Assembly (NCBI GenBank): GCA_963797095.1 | Contig: CAWCNY010000006.1 | Location: forward strand, 416,001-480,000 | Direction: 5' to 3' | Source of the DNA: an uncultured Chloroflexia bacterium | Lineage (GTDB): Bacteria; Chloroflexota; Chloroflexia; QHBQ01; JADMIH01 | DNA: 64,000 nt | Part shown: positions 60,431 through 64,000 of the stretch, piece by piece | Layout: each line of letters begins with the position of its first letter | Position numbering within the stretch: the stretch's first letter is position 1 | Notes under the pieces: model-generated | What the model was told of the DNA's origin: nothing | Database searches by the model: none | Seen by the model: only the letters and a program-made list of their open reading frames with translations | Translations under genes and position numbers: made by a program

Positions 60431-62617
60431 CTACCGACCCACCGCTCTCACAGGCCGCAACTCAACATCGGTGAAGTCCGCCGTGCCTAGATCGGTGACC
60501 CGTAGCCACAGAAGCTCATTAGTGGCGTTCGGTGGTATCTTTAGAGCGAAGGCGCTTGCCGAATCGGTGTCGGGCGGGCAGAGAAACCCGCTGCCATAAG
60601 GGAAAGTCTCGATCAACCGGTTAGCGCTGTCATAGGTGGAGAGATAGACACTCTCGGTGCCCCTAAGCTGAGTGTTGCGGTAGTGGACAAACATAACGTA
60701 GGTTGCGCCTGGGATTAGCCTGCTGGTAGAGAGCGTAATATTGGTTTGGCCCTCCTGGCTTGTGGAGGTAAGCACCAGTGCGGGCGTATCTGAAGCTAGG
60801 TCCAATCCCGTATTTCCGTCGCCCCAAAGGACCCACTTATCGGGCTGCTCCTCGCCGTTTAGAAGGTTGCCATGGATAGGCTTCTGTACATCGCTCAGAG
60901 GAGGTAGAACATCGTCGCCCAGGGCCGAGTCGCGAAAGGCCGGGTTGAGCAGAGCATGAACCGCCTCCAACCCCGGCTGGAGGTCGGTGCCCCAGGCAAG
61001 AAGGGTATCAAGTTGTTGACTTGGAGAGGCACGTGGGGCGCGCTGGCGGATGAGCGCAATATTCTCCAATTGGATAACTTCCAGGCCCATCTCGTTGGCG
61101 CGTTGCAAGTATTGTGGATCAATCGGCCAGGGTAGCTCCCAGGCACCCCACACTACAGCATCGTTGTTCGTCAGTTGCTCCACACTCCTTACGTCCAGCA
61201 GGCTGGCATCAAGATAACGGATGGGTGATTTGTCGAGCCACAGATAGTGCGCGATACCCTGGATCGTGAAGGGCGGTGCCGGCTTGAGGCCCCACATCCC
61301 GATCGAGACAACGACCGAGCCGGGTGGGCTGTCTGCCACGATGCGGGCTGCTCCTCGAAAATCCTGTGGCACAAGCTTAGGCCAGGAGTACGATCTCATC
61401 AGCAAGGGTATCGAAATAACAAGCAGCATCAAGGTGACGATCACGAATGCGACCCCGGAAGCGTTACCTGCAAGGGGATTATTCGCAGCCGGCCTGTCTC
61501 GGAAGCGGGCACGAAGGGTTGCCGCGAAGGCCGCAAGCCGCTTACCGCCGAGCGCGATCAAGATGATCGCAGCCGGAACCAGAAAAGTGTAATAACGCGA
61601 GAATAGAAGGAACATCCTCTCGCCTGCCAGCCACCAGAGACCGGCCAGAGGCCCACCAACCCAGGTCAGCAACAACAGACCGGGGAGGCGCGGATGGCGC
61701 ACAACCGACAAGATCGCAGATATCGTCCCGACGAAAAGGAAGAATACGAGGAACTTGTCGAAGCCCAGCCCATGCGCGAGTATGCGCACATCATCGAGCG
61801 TGACGGGGCCAGCGTGCGTAACGTAATAGGTGCGCACCGGCCCCACCCCTCCCAGCCATTCCACTGTGTAGGGAAGCCAGGGGAGATATAGAATAAACAC
61901 CACCAGAGCGGTGAGGCCGAACCAGGCGATCTGAAGGAGGGGCCTGTGTAGATTACCTCCCTCGGTTCGGGTGCTCTCTCCTGCTTGTTTTGCACGGCAG
62001 CCAGTGGCTTTCAAGAGATTGGCGAGGATCGCGATCCCCAGAAAGGTGATCACAACGGCTGTGACCGCCAGGGAGAGATAATGATTATACAGGTTCAGAA
62101 GAGTGAAAATAGCAAGCCCTGCCCAATCGAGGAGACGGTTCGAGACCGCCGCCCGGTAAGCAAAGAGCACCTGAAGGGTGGTGAAAAGCATCAGTGGCAC
62201 ATATGGGTGCGCGTCCTGGCTATGGAAAACGGCGAATGGCGACAGCGCATAAACCAGCGCGGCAATGATGCCGACTCGCCTACCGAACAATGTCTTGCCC
62301 AGAGCGTAGATGGAGGGCACTGTAAGCGCGCCGATTATTACGAAAGGCAATCGGACTGCCACTTCATCGCTGCCCAGCCAGCGCGTAATCCACACGATCA
62401 AGAAGGAGAGTGGTGTGTGGTCGCTCCACTGATTGATGTACGAAATGAGGTCACTCAGCGAGGAGATGCGCACCGTGTAGGCAAATACCACTTCGTCAAA
62501 CCAGAAACCGCGCGCCGGCAGCATGTAGAGCCTCACCAACAGAGCCGCAACCGTCAATGCAGCTACGGCTACCGGTACCGAGGTCAGGTAAGCACTAACC
62601 TTGCTTTTCCCCTCCAT
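60431..62617 (-). CDS. GT39/PMT-like membrane glycosyltransferase with extracellular C-terminal domain
   Basis: FWFDE, HTPL, VRLP, SPF.VFHSQ; many TM segments. Confidence 0.8.
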   Translation of the reverse strand: MEGKSKVSAYLTSVPVAVAALTVAALLVRLYMLPARGFWFDEVVFAYTVRISSLSDLISYINQWSDHTPLSFLIVWITRWLGSDEVAVRLPFVIIGALTVPSIYALGKTLFGRRVGIIAALVYALSPFAVFHSQDAHPYVPLMLFTTLQVLFAYRAAVSNRLLDWAGLAIFTLLNLYNHYLSLAVTAVVITFLGIAILANLLKATGCRAKQAGESTRTEGGNLHRPLLQIAWFGLTALVVFILYLPWLPYTVEWLGGVGPVRTYYVTHAGPVTLDDVRILAHGLGFDKFLVFFLFVGTISAILSVVRHPRLPGLLLLTWVGGPLAGLWWLAGERMFLLFSRYYTFLVPAAIILIALGGKRLAAFAATLRARFRDRPAANNPLAGNASGVAFVIVTLMLLVISIPLLMRSYSWPKLVPQDFRGAARIVADSPPGSVVVSIGMWGLKPAPPFTIQGIAHYLWLDKSPIRYLDASLLDVRSVEQLTNNDAVVWGAWELPWPIDPQYLQRANEMGLEVIQLENIALIRQRAPRASPSQQLDTLLAWGTDLQPGLEAVHALLNPAFRDSALGDDVLPPLSDVQKPIHGNLLNGEEQPDKWVLWGDGNTGLDLASDTPALVLTSTSQEGQTNITLSTSRLIPGATYVMFVHYRNTQLRGTESVYLSTYDSANRLIETFPYGSGFLCPPDTDSASAFALKIPPNATNELLWLRVTDLGTADFTDVELRPVRAVGR

Positions 62618-62698
62618 AAGATCACAATATAGCACATGGCATAGCGGTTAATAGCTGCCTTAATGCCTTAATTGCTACGAAATCGGTCCAAAGTACCA

Positions 62699-62760
62699 TT
62701 GACAAAACTAGATACCCGATATATAATTATTTCGAAAACTAGCTACTGAGTAGATAATTA
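62699..62760 (+). promoter_or_regulatory. Consensus promoter overlapped by tandem 26-bp operator repeats
   Basis: TTGACA-17 bp-TATAAT; repeats at 62704-62729 and 62735-62760. Confidence 0.75.
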
Positions 62761-63383
62761 TGGTCGAAACCGTTGTGCGGTCCAAAACTGAGCGTGGTTC
62801 GGTGCAAAGTGCTTTACTGGCGCTCCTTTCCGAGCGTCCACGGCATGGTTATGAGCTACGCGATCTGTTCGAGGCTGCCCTCGGTGGGCACTGGGAACTG
62901 AATAGTGGTCAGATATACAGCAGCCTTGAACGGCTGGCGCGCGATGGCCTGGTGGTGGAGGAAGGGATCGAGAAGGGCGGTGGCCCCGACAAGCGGCTCT
63001 GGACCCTTACCGACGCAGGAAAGAAGGAATTGCTCAGTTGGCTCGATTCGCCCGTGCTGCGTGATTACCGCCTGCGCGATGAGCTTTACCTGAAGCTGAT
63101 GCTGGCGCTGGTGGCCCAGCCTGCCAGAGCACTCCAGGTCTTGATGGTACAGCGCCGTGAGCTATTTCGTGAGCTGCACGACCTTACCGCCAAACGCAAC
63201 GACCTGGACCCGCGCCGGCAGCTGGCTCAGATGCTGCTGCTAGATAGCGCGATCATGCACACGGAGGCGGAGTTACGCTGGCTAGACATTGTGGAGGCAC
63301 GACTGGATGATATCCGTGAGCAGCCGCCACCCAAGCCGCCGCCCCGGCAGCGAGGCCGCCCCAGGAAGGCGGCAAACAGGTGA
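62760..63383 (+). CDS. PadR-family regulator
   Basis: LLALL..RHGYEL..GQIYSSLERL..G..LT..G. Confidence 0.92.
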   Translation: MVETVVRSKTERGSVQSALLALLSERPRHGYELRDLFEAALGGHWELNSGQIYSSLERLARDGLVVEEGIEKGGGPDKRLWTLTDAGKKELLSWLDSPVLRDYRLRDELYLKLMLALVAQPARALQVLMVQRRELFRELHDLTAKRNDLDPRRQLAQMLLLDSAIMHTEAELRWLDIVEARLDDIREQPPPKPPPRQRGRPRKAANR

Positions 63384-63429
63384 CTTTGATCATTGAATAT
63401 TTGCATTTCACTCATTTAGGGAGAATAAG

Positions 63430-64000
63430 ATGGCAGTTCTGGAGACTAAGGATCTCACTCAAGTTTACGGTCGTGGCAGCGCCGCTGTGAAGGCTCTGGA
63501 CCATGTGAATATAAGTGTCGAGCCGCAGCAGTTCGTGGCGGTAATGGGCCCCAGTGGTTCGGGCAAATCGACTCTGTTGCATCTGCTGGGCGGGTTGGAT
63601 AACCCCACCGAGGGCACGGTGCTGCTCGATGGCAAGGACCTTTCAAAGCTCGACGACAAAGAGTTGACGTTGTTACGCCGCTCCCGGATCGGCTTTGTTT
63701 TCCAATTCTTCAACCTGATACCCGTTCTGACCGCTGTGGAGAACGTGGCCTTGCCGCTCGTCCTGAATGGCAGCGGAGGCGATGCCACCGAGAAAGCAAC
63801 TACCTGGCTGAAGCGCGTTGACCTGGCAGAACGCATGAACCACAGGCCAAGTGAGCTGTCGGGTGGCCAGCAGCAGCGAGTGGCTCTTGCCCGCGCGCTC
63901 GTTACAGAGCCTGCCGTCATTATGGCCGATGAGCCGACAGGCAACCTCGACTCTCGTGGTGCCGAGGAGATGTTACGCTGGCTGCGTCGCACGGTCGATG
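63430..64000 (+). CDS. ABC transporter ATP-binding protein (LolD/MacB-like), partial
   Basis: GPSGSGKS, FQFFNL, LSGGQQQR, ADEPTGNLD. Confidence 0.92.
   Translation, partial: MAVLETKDLTQVYGRGSAAVKALDHVNISVEPQQFVAVMGPSGSGKSTLLHLLGGLDNPTEGTVLLDGKDLSKLDDKELTLLRRSRIGFVFQFFNLIPVLTAVENVALPLVLNGSGGDATEKATTWLKRVDLAERMNHRPSELSGGQQQRVALARALVTEPAVIMADEPTGNLDSRGAEEMLRWLRRTVD

Overview
Bacterial chromosome segment, most likely Chloroflexota. This is inferred from the SLH-tailed S8 protease, the FPETG/YFERA-repeat secreted proteins and the heptamer/REP repeats. About 4.2-17.65 kb is a decayed tandem array of integrative elements at the 3' end of tRNA-Leu(CAA). It carries att repeats, arm-like GTGACAT repeats, a pseudogenised and truncated class I DISARM locus (drmD, drmMI), primase, integrase and IS remnants, and an orphan cytochrome b. 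The backbone carries a clostripain, a glmU-prs-corC-cdd-dNK-birA run, ferritin, an S8 protease, a frameshifted ATP-dependent ligase, a proline racemase-family enzyme, a GAF kinase, a GT2-GT4 fusion, an acyl-CoA ligase, a small HNH/toxin-antitoxin islet, an RpoD-like sigma, a SARP/BTAD regulator and PadR-ABC. The most unusual gene is a family A DNA polymerase with an N-terminal Cys-rich zinc-ribbon, no 5'-3' exonuclease and two LAGLIDADG inteins. There is also extreme, patchy, strand-specific C/G skew that appears to flip near 49-51 kb. All calls come from reading motifs by eye; no searches were run.
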